Virus record (IMG/VR): IMGVR_UViG_3300036770_008028
Location: 32,001 to 96,000 of that record
Origin: a virus
Direction: 5' to 3' (one strand)
Length of the DNA: 64,000 nt
The notes beneath the pieces are model-generated. The model was given only the letters and a program-made list of their open reading frames with translations, was not told the origin of the DNA and did no database searches. Shown one piece after another: positions 17,969 to 27,945 of the stretch (its first letter is position 1; the number at the start of each line of letters is the position of its first letter). The position numbers were made by a program, and so were the translations under genes.

Positions 17969-18406
17969 GCCGTTAGTACCTAGTTTGCCTTTGATGTGTG
18001 AGCCATGCACTCGAACCTGTATGTGACCATTGTAGTATAGGTCTGATTCAAGTACTCTACGGGCGAATTGTTCTCGAGCCTCTATGTAACTGCATTCAGC
18101 CTTGCTGCGGCAGTAATACAATATCTCGCGTGTGAAATTTTCTGTGCCTAACTGCTCTATGTCTTTTGTGAGTTCGGGACTGGAACCGTAATAGGTCTGC
18201 CAGTCTGATTCGATCTTGCCTCTGATTTTTTTCCGTCTTTTTTTACCGTTTTTAAGTCGCTCTGTTTTATAGGTGGTTTTGGAAAATTTTGAAAGTTTTT
18301 TGCCAATGTACTGCCTGCCGGTGAGTTTGTTAGTGATAACATATACAAAACCAGCATAATGTTCGGGTATTTCGGTGATTACCTGTGATTCGTAAATCCA
18401 TGTCAC
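17966..18406 (-). CDS. Compact GIY-YIG endonuclease-like protein
   Basis: GFVYVITNKLTGRQYIGKK (GIY/YIG), YYGSS, FTREIL, conserved E (YIEARE) and N (YYNG); basic insertion KNGKKRRKKIRGK. Confidence 0.85.
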   Translation of the reverse strand: MTWIYESQVITEIPEHYAGFVYVITNKLTGRQYIGKKLSKFSKTTYKTERLKNGKKRRKKIRGKIESDWQTYYGSSPELTKDIEQLGTENFTREILYYCRSKAECSYIEAREQFARRVLESDLYYNGHIQVRVHGSHIKGKLGTNG

Positions 18407-18413
18407 ACCTTAG

Positions 18414-20177
18414 TTATGCCATGTCTATATCTGTGTTGTAAGAAGTAAATCCACCTTCTTTGACCACACGCAGTATATTCTCTACACGTCCGGCCAACTC
18501 GTCTCTGTGGCTAACCAACCAGATGGATTTGTGTCGGTCACGGCTCATCTTCTTCAGCAAGGCCAATGAATTTTCCACACCTTGTGTGTCCATGCCCGAA
18601 TCAACCAACTCGTCAATGAATAACACATTGATCGGAGAGTAAAGACTTTCCCATACATCACGAAATGCCCACGACATAGATAGGATCAATCTGTTGCGTT
18701 CTCCGCGGCTGAGATTGTCAAAGTCTAGATCTCGGCCCAGTTCTGTGATCTCCACATTCAAGTCGTTCTGGAATATGACCTGATGCGGCAATCCAATCCT
18801 GTCTAGATAGTGTGTGAGTCGCTGGTTGAGGTAACTCAAATTCTGTTCAATGATCTTCTTGCGAACAAATGAATCTTTGTTGGTAAGCAGTTTGAGTAAG
18901 AAATCCTGGTGATCAAATACTCTGGTGAGTTCGTTCACTGTATCGTAAGTGACTTCCTGCAAGGCCTGTCCACGCATGTCGTCGATCTGTTCAGTGTAAG
19001 GATCAGTCTCAGCAGATCTATTGGCCAGATCTTTCTTCAACCCATCTAGACTGTTCTTGTGATTGAGGGCCTGTTCAAGATCATCGTAGAACACCGTGGG
19101 GGCTGTGCCCATCTCGCCAAGGTCGTCGATCTCGTTGAGATGCTCCGCTCGTTGTGTTTCATTAGCTAGGAGTTGTAAAGCGATTTCCTGCAGATTCTTT
19201 TGTTTTTCTTCCAAGATCTCGTCTTGTTTTGAATCATGCAGTTCTTGTCCGCAAGCATGACAACGATGTTCTTTTAGTGCATCAATATCTCGTTTGAGTT
19301 TGGCACTGTCTTTTTCCAGTTTAGAATTGTCTTGATCAATCTGACGTATCCATCGTTGATGTTCGTCAATTTGTTTCTTTTGAATATAATAGGATTCTAG
19401 ATCACGATGTGCCTGCACTTCGGATTCAATATCGATATGCTCTAACGCCTGTATAGCTGTTTCAAAACTGGCACAATCTTCCGCTTGTTTTTTTGTCCAT
19501 AAATCTCGTCGTTTCTCAAGGCTGATTATCTGTTCTTCGATCCTTTTATTGGCTTCTTGTACAGCACGGATTCGCATCTCTTCCTGAGAGATTGCGTCCT
19601 TGGTAGAACGGTTCAGTTCTTTGATGCGTTCTGCACGTTCGCTGAGTAGAGTGATGCCCAGCAGTTGTTCGATAATGGCACGCTGATCGTTGGCCTTGAG
19701 GCTGAGAAACGGTTCTGTATAAGTGTTCAAAGCTAACACGTGCTTGAACATGTCATGGGTCATGCCCAAGATTGACTCTATGGCATCCTGGGTTTCTCTT
19801 GAATCGCCTTGAGCATCGTCAGTGGCTTGTTGTTCCTCCGAGTTGACATACAATCGGAGTACATTAGGCTTGCGACCTCGCTCTACGCGGTAGTCTTGCC
19901 CATTGACAGAAAAGTCCAACGACACCAACATGTTTTTGCCATTGGTCTTGTTGATTAGATTGTCTTTGCGTATATTGGTCAGTGCCTGTCCGTACAAGGT
20001 ATAGCTGAGTGCATTGATTATGGTAGTCTTGCCTGTGCCGTTACGACTACCATCACCGCCTAAATCTAGGTTCTCTCCTAGCACCAAGGTCAAGTCTCGC
20101 CGATCAAAGTTGATGGCCTGCGTGGCATTGCCCACGCTCATGAAATTTCGGACTGTAAGATTTTTGATCTGGATCAT
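18414..20177 (-). CDS. gp46: Recombination endonuclease ATPase subunit (T4 gp46, Rad50/SbcC-like)
   Basis: NFMSVG, Walker A NGTGKTT, coiled coils with CHAC zinc hook, signature LSRGE, Walker B LFIDE, VSH. Confidence 0.95.
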   Translation of the reverse strand: MIQIKNLTVRNFMSVGNATQAINFDRRDLTLVLGENLDLGGDGSRNGTGKTTIINALSYTLYGQALTNIRKDNLINKTNGKNMLVSLDFSVNGQDYRVERGRKPNVLRLYVNSEEQQATDDAQGDSRETQDAIESILGMTHDMFKHVLALNTYTEPFLSLKANDQRAIIEQLLGITLLSERAERIKELNRSTKDAISQEEMRIRAVQEANKRIEEQIISLEKRRDLWTKKQAEDCASFETAIQALEHIDIESEVQAHRDLESYYIQKKQIDEHQRWIRQIDQDNSKLEKDSAKLKRDIDALKEHRCHACGQELHDSKQDEILEEKQKNLQEIALQLLANETQRAEHLNEIDDLGEMGTAPTVFYDDLEQALNHKNSLDGLKKDLANRSAETDPYTEQIDDMRGQALQEVTYDTVNELTRVFDHQDFLLKLLTNKDSFVRKKIIEQNLSYLNQRLTHYLDRIGLPHQVIFQNDLNVEITELGRDLDFDNLSRGERNRLILSMSWAFRDVWESLYSPINVLFIDELVDSGMDTQGVENSLALLKKMSRDRHKSIWLVSHRDELAGRVENILRVVKEGGFTSYNTDIDMA

Positions 20178-21190
20178 AGAGCCTGATAAATCTGTAACAG
20201 CAATTTGGGATCGTAGAATTCCGACTCGATCTTGGTGATCTGATCCGTCACAATCTGATCCACGCTTTCAAACCGTACATCGCCTGGCGCCATGTCTTCT
20301 TCAAGAGCAGATCGTTTGTTAGGGATCAAGGCCACCTCTCTCAGGCCGTATTGTTTGATGTAGGTTTCTTTGATGTAGTTTGCTTCTTCATATGAAATCT
20401 CGATGTCCAGTTGCACACGGACATGCTGATTGGGACGCAATATTTGATCAGCATGGTCCATGACATGGCTGAGATTCCAGACATTGTAGAGAGGTTGATC
20501 TGGCCAGGCATGATATTCTGGTTCAGACCCCCACTCCAAGATCATGCATCCACGATTGGTATCGCCAGCATCGGCGAAGTTGTGCGGGAATGCATTGCCG
20601 ATGTAGTTGATGTTGTGTTTGTGCTGACGGAGATGGAAGTGACCTGAGAATACTCGATCGTAGTGGCCAAAGTGTTCCACGGCAATCTCGCCATGATCCG
20701 GCATCTCTACCATAGCATTCATCTTGAAATGCGGCAGTTCGAAATGTCCAAACATGTATCGGGCCGACATTTTTGATATGCGTTTATGATCGTCGCCTAC
20801 CAACCAAGGTGCTATGATTACATCGCCCTCTTGGAACCAATCGTTCACAATCACGATGTTGGGTATGTGTCGTGCCCATTCTGTGCTGTAAATATCTCTT
20901 CGATCGCGATAGTAGAGATCATGATTGCCCGGGATGAAATAGAATCGATCAAATGCTGCGGACAGTTTTTCTAGTGCGCGCAGGCTGTACTGCAAGGTCT
21001 GCATGTTGATCGACGCACGATGGTGGCTCCAGTCACCAAGGAACAGGCCAGTTTCACAGCCTTGTGCCCGGGCCGTGGCGATAAACCAGTCCACGAATCG
21101 TTCACAGTCTTGATTGTGAAGGAGGCTGTTGGATTTCAAGCCAAAATGTATGTCGGTGAATACTGCAGCCTTACGGAATAAGTTAGCCAT
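20174..21190 (-). CDS. gp47: Recombination endonuclease nuclease subunit (T4 gp47, Mre11/SbcD-like)
   Basis: Metallophosphoesterase motifs DIHFG, LGD, GNHD, GHFE, SGHFH. Confidence 0.95.
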   Translation of the reverse strand: MANLFRKAAVFTDIHFGLKSNSLLHNQDCERFVDWFIATARAQGCETGLFLGDWSHHRASINMQTLQYSLRALEKLSAAFDRFYFIPGNHDLYYRDRRDIYSTEWARHIPNIVIVNDWFQEGDVIIAPWLVGDDHKRISKMSARYMFGHFELPHFKMNAMVEMPDHGEIAVEHFGHYDRVFSGHFHLRQHKHNINYIGNAFPHNFADAGDTNRGCMILEWGSEPEYHAWPDQPLYNVWNLSHVMDHADQILRPNQHVRVQLDIEISYEEANYIKETYIKQYGLREVALIPNKRSALEEDMAPGDVRFESVDQIVTDQITKIESEFYDPKLLLQIYQAL

Positions 21191-21203
21191 TCAGTGAGTT
21201 TAA

Positions 21204-22091
21204 CTAATCTTCTGCCACTACGTCAACTGATTTGGGTTGCGTTACATTCGAGTATTGGCGTGTCCAGGAAGGATTGAGTCCGTTCATTTCCAGGATATCG
21301 TCTCTGATGTTTTGATTCTTTTTCTCGATATTCAGTACCCGTGTGAATGAGTTCGTGATGGCCGCGGTGTAATAGGCAAAGGGGTTCTGGCTTTTTGACT
21401 CGTCAAATTGTAACCCGATCTGTGACAATTGTAACAGGGCCTGGCCCCGCATCTCTTCGTTGTAGGTATATCCACGCCAGTTTGAGCGAGTGGCATAGCG
21501 TTCGCACAGTTTCATGAACATCTCGGCCAATTTACGCGTCATTTTGCCATGGTCTCGAGAGTAGGTGCCGGTCCCAAGATCGCCCAGCCAATGGCTCTTG
21601 CCTACCAGATAAGGCACACGATGGTCGGTGATACGGTAGTGGAAGAACGGAGGAAAGTTAACACGCACATGCACAGGGTCCAGCACAGGTTCGTCGACGA
21701 GATCAGCCAAGGGATCATCCCCGGTCATGTCATCAAACTCCAGTATATCTTCGATTTTTTTCTTCTTGGCCGCGACCTTGGGCGGCTTTTTGGCTGCCAT
21801 GGGTATGTGTTCCCAGGTCATCACCCGGAACACCAACTCGTTATTGTCTATCTTTTTTTCGTTGACAACTTCGCCGGTCTCACGCCGGATCCTATCGGCG
21901 CGGTTCCTGCGGGCCTCGGCGATGGTACGTTGATTGATCTTGCTGGCCGACGGCAATATGATATCATACTGGTGATCCGTAACGGCATTGAGAAAACTAC
22001 AGTAGGTATTTTTGCTAAGATGTATTTCTTTTAAGAGATCTCTGTTGTTGAGATAGTTGACCTTTGCAGGCGGTTTGATAGGTAAGGACAA
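21204..22091 (-). CDS. gp55: Late-transcription sigma factor (T4 gp55)
   Basis: NYLNNRDLL, NWRGYTYNEEM, FDESKSQNPFAYYT; start set at TTG 22091 with GGGAG SD. Confidence 0.9.
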   Translation of the reverse strand: MSLPIKPPAKVNYLNNRDLLKEIHLSKNTYCSFLNAVTDHQYDIILPSASKINQRTIAEARRNRADRIRRETGEVVNEKKIDNNELVFRVMTWEHIPMAAKKPPKVAAKKKKIEDILEFDDMTGDDPLADLVDEPVLDPVHVRVNFPPFFHYRITDHRVPYLVGKSHWLGDLGTGTYSRDHGKMTRKLAEMFMKLCERYATRSNWRGYTYNEEMRGQALLQLSQIGLQFDESKSQNPFAYYTAAITNSFTRVLNIEKKNQNIRDDILEMNGLNPSWTRQYSNVTQPKSVDVVAED

Positions 22092-22115
22092 GGTATTTCT
22101 CCCAATAGTGTACTT

Positions 22116-22143
22116 ATTATACAGCATTTGTCAGTGTTGTCAA
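22116..22143 (-). promoter_or_regulatory. Sigma70 consensus promoter for the gp55-47-46 operon
   Basis: TTGACA-N16-TATAAT with exact hexamers. Confidence 0.8.
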
Positions 22144-22177
22144 ATCCTATCTTAATGTGTGCCGTTTTTGATCACGG

Positions 22178-22183
22178 TAAATA
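22178..22183 (+). promoter_or_regulatory. Late promoter box TAAATA for the baseplate operon
   Basis: GGTAAATAC followed by a GAGGA SD and ATG 22202. Confidence 0.6.
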
Positions 22184-22201
22184 CAGGATCGAGGAACCTC
22201 C

Positions 22202-24238
22202 ATGAGCACACGGGCAGAACAAGCACGACGATTTAACGAAGGTATCGCCCAGGGCATGAGCGAAGCGCAGGCCCTGCGGTATGCCGGGATCACCAATGAT
22301 GGAGATTTTACCTACGGAGCAAATGGCCAGTTAGAACCGTTGGTGTTGGGACCAGGACGCAGGGCCAATGAAACCATAGTGCCTGCAGGCACACCTCTGG
22401 CCGGCGACGATGACGATGATGAAGATGATGATAGACGATTTGTCACACGTCCTGTGAGCAATCAGACCACTACCACGAACCAAAATACCGTGACCGGGGG
22501 TGCAGTGCGAACTACCACGGTCACTCCCACAACATATAAGGACACAGCACAGAGTACTGCGATCAAAGGCGAGGCCGATGCTCTGCAGGCGCAGAAAGAA
22601 GCACGTGCCGCCGAACTGCGCGCCCAAGGCAAAACCGGTGCCGAAGTACTGAGAGATCCACAATATCGTGCGCTGAGTCGAGAAGCACAGGCCAAAGAAA
22701 ATGCGGCACAAGATGCGCGAGCCGTGGACCAGGCCGGTACTGTGTCTACTACTACATCGTCCGGGCAAGGTGAAGTTTTCCAGCAGACACCCAACAGCCA
22801 ATTCCTCACAGATGACACTGCAGGAGATGATCCTCAGGTCAATCTCCAGGATGCCAACAGATTCAGCACCAGCGGCGAACTGCCCCGCAATTTCTCGCCT
22901 GACAACGTTACCGACACTGGCGGTGTGCCCACACAGAGCCTCACAGACTTTGAAGATCCTGGATTCGTTCCACAGGCAGAACCCGCATTCATACCGCCGG
23001 GATTCAGCCCCTATGGTGAAGAAGACGATCCTTTTGACCCTGATCTGGCTACCGAAGCCGAAGATGTAGAGTTTGCAGATGACTACTTCTCATCAGGAGA
23101 TTTCGCCAGCCTAGAAGCAGCCCAGGCAGCCGAGGCCGAGGCCTTTGGAAGGAATCTGCCAGATGATGGTATCAGCCCTTACGGCGAGGCGGACGACGAC
23201 TTTGATCCAGACCTGGTCACAGAACCTGGAGCGGTCACAGGTGATCCCCAGGTAGATCCACAGGGACCGGCCTTTGATGATGACGGCAATCTCAATCCCG
23301 GATGGACCCTGGACGGAGACGGAGAGCCGGTGTTCATCGGTGATGATTTCATTGATCCCAGCCTTACCGCTTCCGCAGAAGCCAGCCGTGCTGCTGCACG
23401 CCAGCAGGCCACCCTGGACAATGCCCGCAAACAATCTGCCCTGCAGGCGCAGCGCAAACAGGGCAATGACACTGATTGGCGTTTCCGCATCAGTCTCGCT
23501 CCGCAGAGCACTTATCTCTACAATGCAGTGGATGAATCCGGGCAGCCCGCGGCCGGAATCCTAGAACCCTTGCGCCGGACCAATGGTGTGGTGTTTCCCT
23601 ATACGCCACAGATCACGGTACCATATCAAGCCACCTACGACAGCTACAATCTCACACATTCTAACTATCGCGGATTCTTCTATCAAGGCAGCAGCGTAGG
23701 TGACATACAGATCACGGCCACTTTCACTGCACAGGACACAGCAGAAGCAGAGTATCTCTTGGCAGTGATACATTTTTTCCGCAGCGTGACCAAGATGTTC
23801 TATGGTGCCAATGATGCCTTTGCTGGTGCGCCACCGCCCTTGGTATACTGCCGAGGATTTGGTGAGTTCCAGTTCAATCTACATCCCTGTGTGGTATCAC
23901 AATTCAATCTGTCGTTGCCATCTGATGTAGACTACATCCGTGCCCGCAGCAAGAACACAGCACTGGGCAGTCTGTTGCAGCGCCGAGATCGTACCAGCCT
24001 TCCTACCAATGCAGTATCGGGCGCCCTAGCACGTCTCAGTGCGGCTGGTGTGCCCAAAGGCGCTATTTCTGCTCCGCCCTCTCCGCCCAGTCTGGGACTG
24101 GTAGATGCTACCTATGTGCCTACCAAGATTGACATTACTCTGGTGCTGCATCCTATACAAAGCAGAGAACAGGTCAGCAAGCAGTTCAACATGAAACAGT
24201 TCGCCAACGGTGACCTGCTCAAAGGAGGATTCTGGTAA
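22202..24238 (+). CDS. Baseplate/tail-tube junction protein (gp48/gp54-like) with a long low-complexity N-terminus
   Basis: C-terminal tube-fold motifs VFPYTPQI, THSNY, IHFFRSVTKMFYG, GAPPPLV, LPSDVDYI; position ahead of the gp53-like gene. Confidence 0.65.
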   Translation: MSTRAEQARRFNEGIAQGMSEAQALRYAGITNDGDFTYGANGQLEPLVLGPGRRANETIVPAGTPLAGDDDDDEDDDRRFVTRPVSNQTTTTNQNTVTGGAVRTTTVTPTTYKDTAQSTAIKGEADALQAQKEARAAELRAQGKTGAEVLRDPQYRALSREAQAKENAAQDARAVDQAGTVSTTTSSGQGEVFQQTPNSQFLTDDTAGDDPQVNLQDANRFSTSGELPRNFSPDNVTDTGGVPTQSLTDFEDPGFVPQAEPAFIPPGFSPYGEEDDPFDPDLATEAEDVEFADDYFSSGDFASLEAAQAAEAEAFGRNLPDDGISPYGEADDDFDPDLVTEPGAVTGDPQVDPQGPAFDDDGNLNPGWTLDGDGEPVFIGDDFIDPSLTASAEASRAAARQQATLDNARKQSALQAQRKQGNDTDWRFRISLAPQSTYLYNAVDESGQPAAGILEPLRRTNGVVFPYTPQITVPYQATYDSYNLTHSNYRGFFYQGSSVGDIQITATFTAQDTAEAEYLLAVIHFFRSVTKMFYGANDAFAGAPPPLVYCRGFGEFQFNLHPCVVSQFNLSLPSDVDYIRARSKNTALGSLLQRRDRTSLPTNAVSGALARLSAAGVPKGAISAPPSPPSLGLVDATYVPTKIDITLVLHPIQSREQVSKQFNMKQFANGDLLKGGFW

Positions 24239-24537
24239 TGGCACAGTACGATTCTACCAGCGCCTATTTCACTACTCCTTACAGCCAGTTCTTCCTGGAT
24301 GTCATGGTAAATCGTCCTATCCCCAAAGAAGCCGATGACAGGCTGTTCAAGATCAATCAGGTCTACCAATATCGTCCGGATCTCTTGGCATTCGACCTTT
24401 ACGATCGTGCTGAACTGTGGTGGGTGTTCTATCAAAGGAACCCCAACACCTTGACAGCACCGCCCTGGGATTTTGCTGCCGGTACAGAAATCTATCTACC
24501 CAAGATCACCACGCTGAAAACAGTGTTGGGATTCTAA
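24238..24537 (+). CDS. gp53: Baseplate wedge protein (gp53-like, LysM-like)
   Basis: YRPDLLAFDLYDRAELWWVF...N...GTEIYLP. Confidence 0.8.
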   Translation: MAQYDSTSAYFTTPYSQFFLDVMVNRPIPKEADDRLFKINQVYQYRPDLLAFDLYDRAELWWVFYQRNPNTLTAPPWDFAAGTEIYLPKITTLKTVLGF

Positions 24538-24540
24538 CCA

Positions 24541-27500
24541 ATGGCCACACTCCAATCACTACAGGCCGAACGTAATAGACTGATCGAAAAGATCGGGCTG
24601 ACCACTGCGGCACTTGAGAGCCGCCGACGTGTTTTGGCTAGGGCAGAAAACACCTTGGCCACCACGACCGATCCTGCTCGGAGAGCAAGGTTAGAAGGCC
24701 AGATTGAAGATTTTTCAAGAGATGTCGCGGCATTCGCAGGAGAACTGGCCAGACTTAATCAACAGTTGGCCGAAGTCAATAATCAGATCTCTAATCTGCA
24801 GAAGAACCAGAAAGAAGGTGGTGGTCCAGCCGGCGCCAAAGCATCAGCAGCAGACATAGTCCGAGAAGATCAGGCAGCACGCGCCAATGGCTCGAGTCCC
24901 ACGGCTCCACCACCACCTGCGCTAAAGACCGGAGCCAATGGTCGCATACAGGCAGCCCCTGCCACCACGCAACCCAGCAATGCACAGCCGTTCCGTCCGG
25001 CATTTGATCAAGCAGTAGATGCCGCGGTCAGGAAGAACAAAGACACCCAGAGCACTCCGCCTATCACGGCGCGCCCTGGACCAGCACAGCCCTCAGCGGG
25101 TGGCCCGCAACCTTCGGCTACCACTGGTGCGGCTGCTGCAGGAGATGACAACACCAACGGCGTGCGCAATCGACTCAATGTGATTTTTGGTGGCACCACG
25201 CAACAGATCATCACGCAGCCCAATGTACTGGATCGCTATGCCAGTTATTCTTACAACATCAGCCTCTATATCATTTCACCTCAACAGTATAAAGACATGT
25301 TGAAGACCAAGACCAAAAAGGTCAACGATTTCCAACTACTGATACGCAGCGGCGGCGCACCTTTGAGTTCTGGTATCATACCTCAGGCTGGTGTGGCTGA
25401 CGTAGGCGAGAGTCCGGCGGTGACACAGAGCCTGGTCACAGGTCGCAATCAAGATTTTCCTTTGGATTTCTACATCGATGACGTGCAGTTTCGTTGCTAC
25501 GCGCCGGGCAAAGGCAGCAATGGTGCTCATAATGTGCAGGATCTTTCGTTCAAGATCATCGAGCCCAATGGTCTCACCCTGTTGGATCGACTTTACGCGG
25601 CCAGTCAAAGATTCAATCGCGAGCAAGGCATCGCAGCCACGAACTACGCTGCCCAGACCTTCCTCATGGTCATACGTTTTTATGGCTATGACGCAGATGG
25701 CAATCTTGTTGGTCCGGCCACGGGATCAGTGGTCAATGCGGACGGCACACGCGGCGTTGACCAGGTGATCGAAAAATTCATACCGTTCCATTTCAAGAGC
25801 ATCAAGTTCCGCATAGCCAACAAGTTGGTAGAATATGCGTGCGAGGCAGCGCCGCCGCCGCAGGTCATCAATCAGGGCATACGCGGAGTGATCCCGGCCA
25901 ACGTAGAGATACCAGCAAAGACTCTGAAAGATCTGTTTTCCGGCAACGGGGCTGGCGCCACTGCCAGCCGTGGCACGGATGGACGCGAATCTCCGCCACC
26001 AGCGGAACAGGCTGCTGTCAGACGTATCGACAACCAGATAATCAGCACCCAACAACGGTTAGAGGCCAGCAACGTTCCTCCTGGAGGATTGACCGGTAGC
26101 CTGCTCAACGATGAGTTGGGCATCTCCAATGATGAGCCGATTACTGCCGGTGCATCCCCCACACAGAATCTAGCACCAGCCAACGTCAATGCTGCTCCCA
26201 ACAAGAACCTGGTATACGGACTTATGACCGCACTGAACAAGTACCAGGCCGAATACGTGGCCAAGGGCGAGTTTGTTTATCCCGACGAATATCGTGTGGT
26301 GTTTACGGATCCCATACTGTCGGATGCCGAAGTGATACCTCCTGGCCCCACAGACAAAAAAAGCAAGCCCATGAGCCAATCGGGCACTGCCAATCAGAAA
26401 CTGAACCCGGCCACTGGTGCAGTAGACAATGACAGCAAGACCACATCAGCCACAGCAGGCATGAGCGTGGTTCAATTTATCGATCAGTACACGCGAGCCA
26501 GCAGTTACATCACCAAACAACAACTCAAGGTAGCCACCACGGATGCCACGGGTAAGATCACCTACATTCCTCAGACTGCTGGTGCCGGACAAGTGATCGC
26601 TTGGTACAGGATCGGTGTAGAGGCTGAGCCCTTGCAGTATGATCCCAAACGCAATGACAATGCCTATCGTATAACCTATCAAATCAGTCCTTACAAGATC
26701 AATGATCTGCAGAGCGAGTACTTTCCTGCCCCACTCTACAATGGTGTGCATAAAAAATACAATTACTGGTTTACCGGTCAGAACACTTCTGTGCTGAAAT
26801 TTGAGCAGGACTTTAACTATCTCTATTACCAGACCGTGAACTCGTCTGTGGATCTACAGGCATCAAACACAACCAATGCACGAGAATATCTACGTCGCGT
26901 GCACCAGGCCCGGAGCAACGAAAGCCAGCAGGGCATATCGGGGCCAGTGCTCGACGCCAGCGCCAATGCGGCCGATTATCTCTATTCTCCTGCTGATCAA
27001 GGGCAAGTCAGCCTGCAGATCATCGGCGATCCTTCTTGGATACAACAAGGAGAAGTATGGTCCGGTATCGCTGGCCTAGACTTTGACTATGGTGCTTTCC
27101 TGCCCGACGGAACGATCAACTATGAGAGCCAAGAAGCCCTGTTCCAGATCCTGTTCAACAAGCCAGTGGACTATGATCTTGACACAGGCATCCAGGATCC
27201 TGGCCAGAAAAACTATGAAGCCAATCGAGAACAAGGCCTGCCTGGCGAAGCCACACAGAACTACACCTATAGATTGAAAGAGATCGAAAACACATTTAGC
27301 CGCGGTGGGTTCACACAGGAACTGCGCGGTACCATAGTGAATTTCCCCTTGCCCACCAATGTGCCGGATGCACCCATGCGTGAAACTGTGCCGGCCACAC
27401 AACAACCATCATCGGCTTTCTTGCGCGGTCCGGATCAGACTGACGCCGAGACCAAGAGACTGCAGGCACAGAGTGCCCAGGCTAGATTTGGCGGCAAGAC

Positions 27501-27945
27501 CTGGGCGGATCGACAGCAACAAGCAGCCATCACCATGAGGGAGGCCCGGGCCGGTCGCGCATTCCAGGCCGGAACCACAGTGGATGACACACCCTTGACT
27601 GCTGACAGTCTTGGAGCGGAGGGATTTGCCGCACCCGCACCCGCGGCAGAACCACCTACCAGCAGTGGACAGGTAGTGGGTCCTGCTGCTTCAGGCTCAA
27701 CTGCCGTGGCAGCCCAGGGCGGCGCCAGTGGACCACGTGTGGGTGTTCCGGTGTCAGTGCAAGTGTTCACTCGCAGCGGTGTAAAAAACGTGACATCAAA
27801 TGCTGAGATACAGACCTTGTTCAATCAAGGTGAAATTACCGCACAAGAACGCAGCCAGTCCGCACAGGCTCTGGCGATACGACAACGTGCAGCCAACAGC
27901 CCGGTGACTAATCAACCCAATCAAACTATCAGAAGAGGAACCTAA
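24541..27945 (+). CDS. Baseplate hub protein (gp27-like position) with coiled-coil and P/A-rich extensions
   Basis: NVLDRYASYSYNISL, FKIIEPNG, LQIIGDP, NTFSRGGFTQEL motifs; lies between gp53- and gp5-like genes. Confidence 0.6.
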   Translation: MATLQSLQAERNRLIEKIGLTTAALESRRRVLARAENTLATTTDPARRARLEGQIEDFSRDVAAFAGELARLNQQLAEVNNQISNLQKNQKEGGGPAGAKASAADIVREDQAARANGSSPTAPPPPALKTGANGRIQAAPATTQPSNAQPFRPAFDQAVDAAVRKNKDTQSTPPITARPGPAQPSAGGPQPSATTGAAAAGDDNTNGVRNRLNVIFGGTTQQIITQPNVLDRYASYSYNISLYIISPQQYKDMLKTKTKKVNDFQLLIRSGGAPLSSGIIPQAGVADVGESPAVTQSLVTGRNQDFPLDFYIDDVQFRCYAPGKGSNGAHNVQDLSFKIIEPNGLTLLDRLYAASQRFNREQGIAATNYAAQTFLMVIRFYGYDADGNLVGPATGSVVNADGTRGVDQVIEKFIPFHFKSIKFRIANKLVEYACEAAPPPQVINQGIRGVIPANVEIPAKTLKDLFSGNGAGATASRGTDGRESPPPAEQAAVRRIDNQIISTQQRLEASNVPPGGLTGSLLNDELGISNDEPITAGASPTQNLAPANVNAAPNKNLVYGLMTALNKYQAEYVAKGEFVYPDEYRVVFTDPILSDAEVIPPGPTDKKSKPMSQSGTANQKLNPATGAVDNDSKTTSATAGMSVVQFIDQYTRASSYITKQQLKVATTDATGKITYIPQTAGAGQVIAWYRIGVEAEPLQYDPKRNDNAYRITYQISPYKINDLQSEYFPAPLYNGVHKKYNYWFTGQNTSVLKFEQDFNYLYYQTVNSSVDLQASNTTNAREYLRRVHQARSNESQQGISGPVLDASANAADYLYSPADQGQVSLQIIGDPSWIQQGEVWSGIAGLDFDYGAFLPDGTINYESQEALFQILFNKPVDYDLDTGIQDPGQKNYEANREQGLPGEATQNYTYRLKEIENTFSRGGFTQELRGTIVNFPLPTNVPDAPMRETVPATQQPSSAFLRGPDQTDAETKRLQAQSAQARFGGKTWADRQQQAAITMREARAGRAFQAGTTVDDTPLTADSLGAEGFAAPAPAAEPPTSSGQVVGPAASGSTAVAAQGGASGPRVGVPVSVQVFTRSGVKNVTSNAEIQTLFNQGEITAQERSQSAQALAIRQRAANSPVTNQPNQTIRRGT

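Noticed and set aside
17654-17969. Two short plus-strand ORFs (78 and 60 aa) in the structured gap
   Set aside because: Non-ATG starts, no SD or motifs, antisense to both flanking genes; the dense strand-specific pairing fits an RNA better
17581-18406. Group I or II intron carrying the GIY-YIG gene
   Set aside because: No interrupted host gene (gp46 and the radical SAM gene are complete), and no P7 (R/S) elements or domain V recognised
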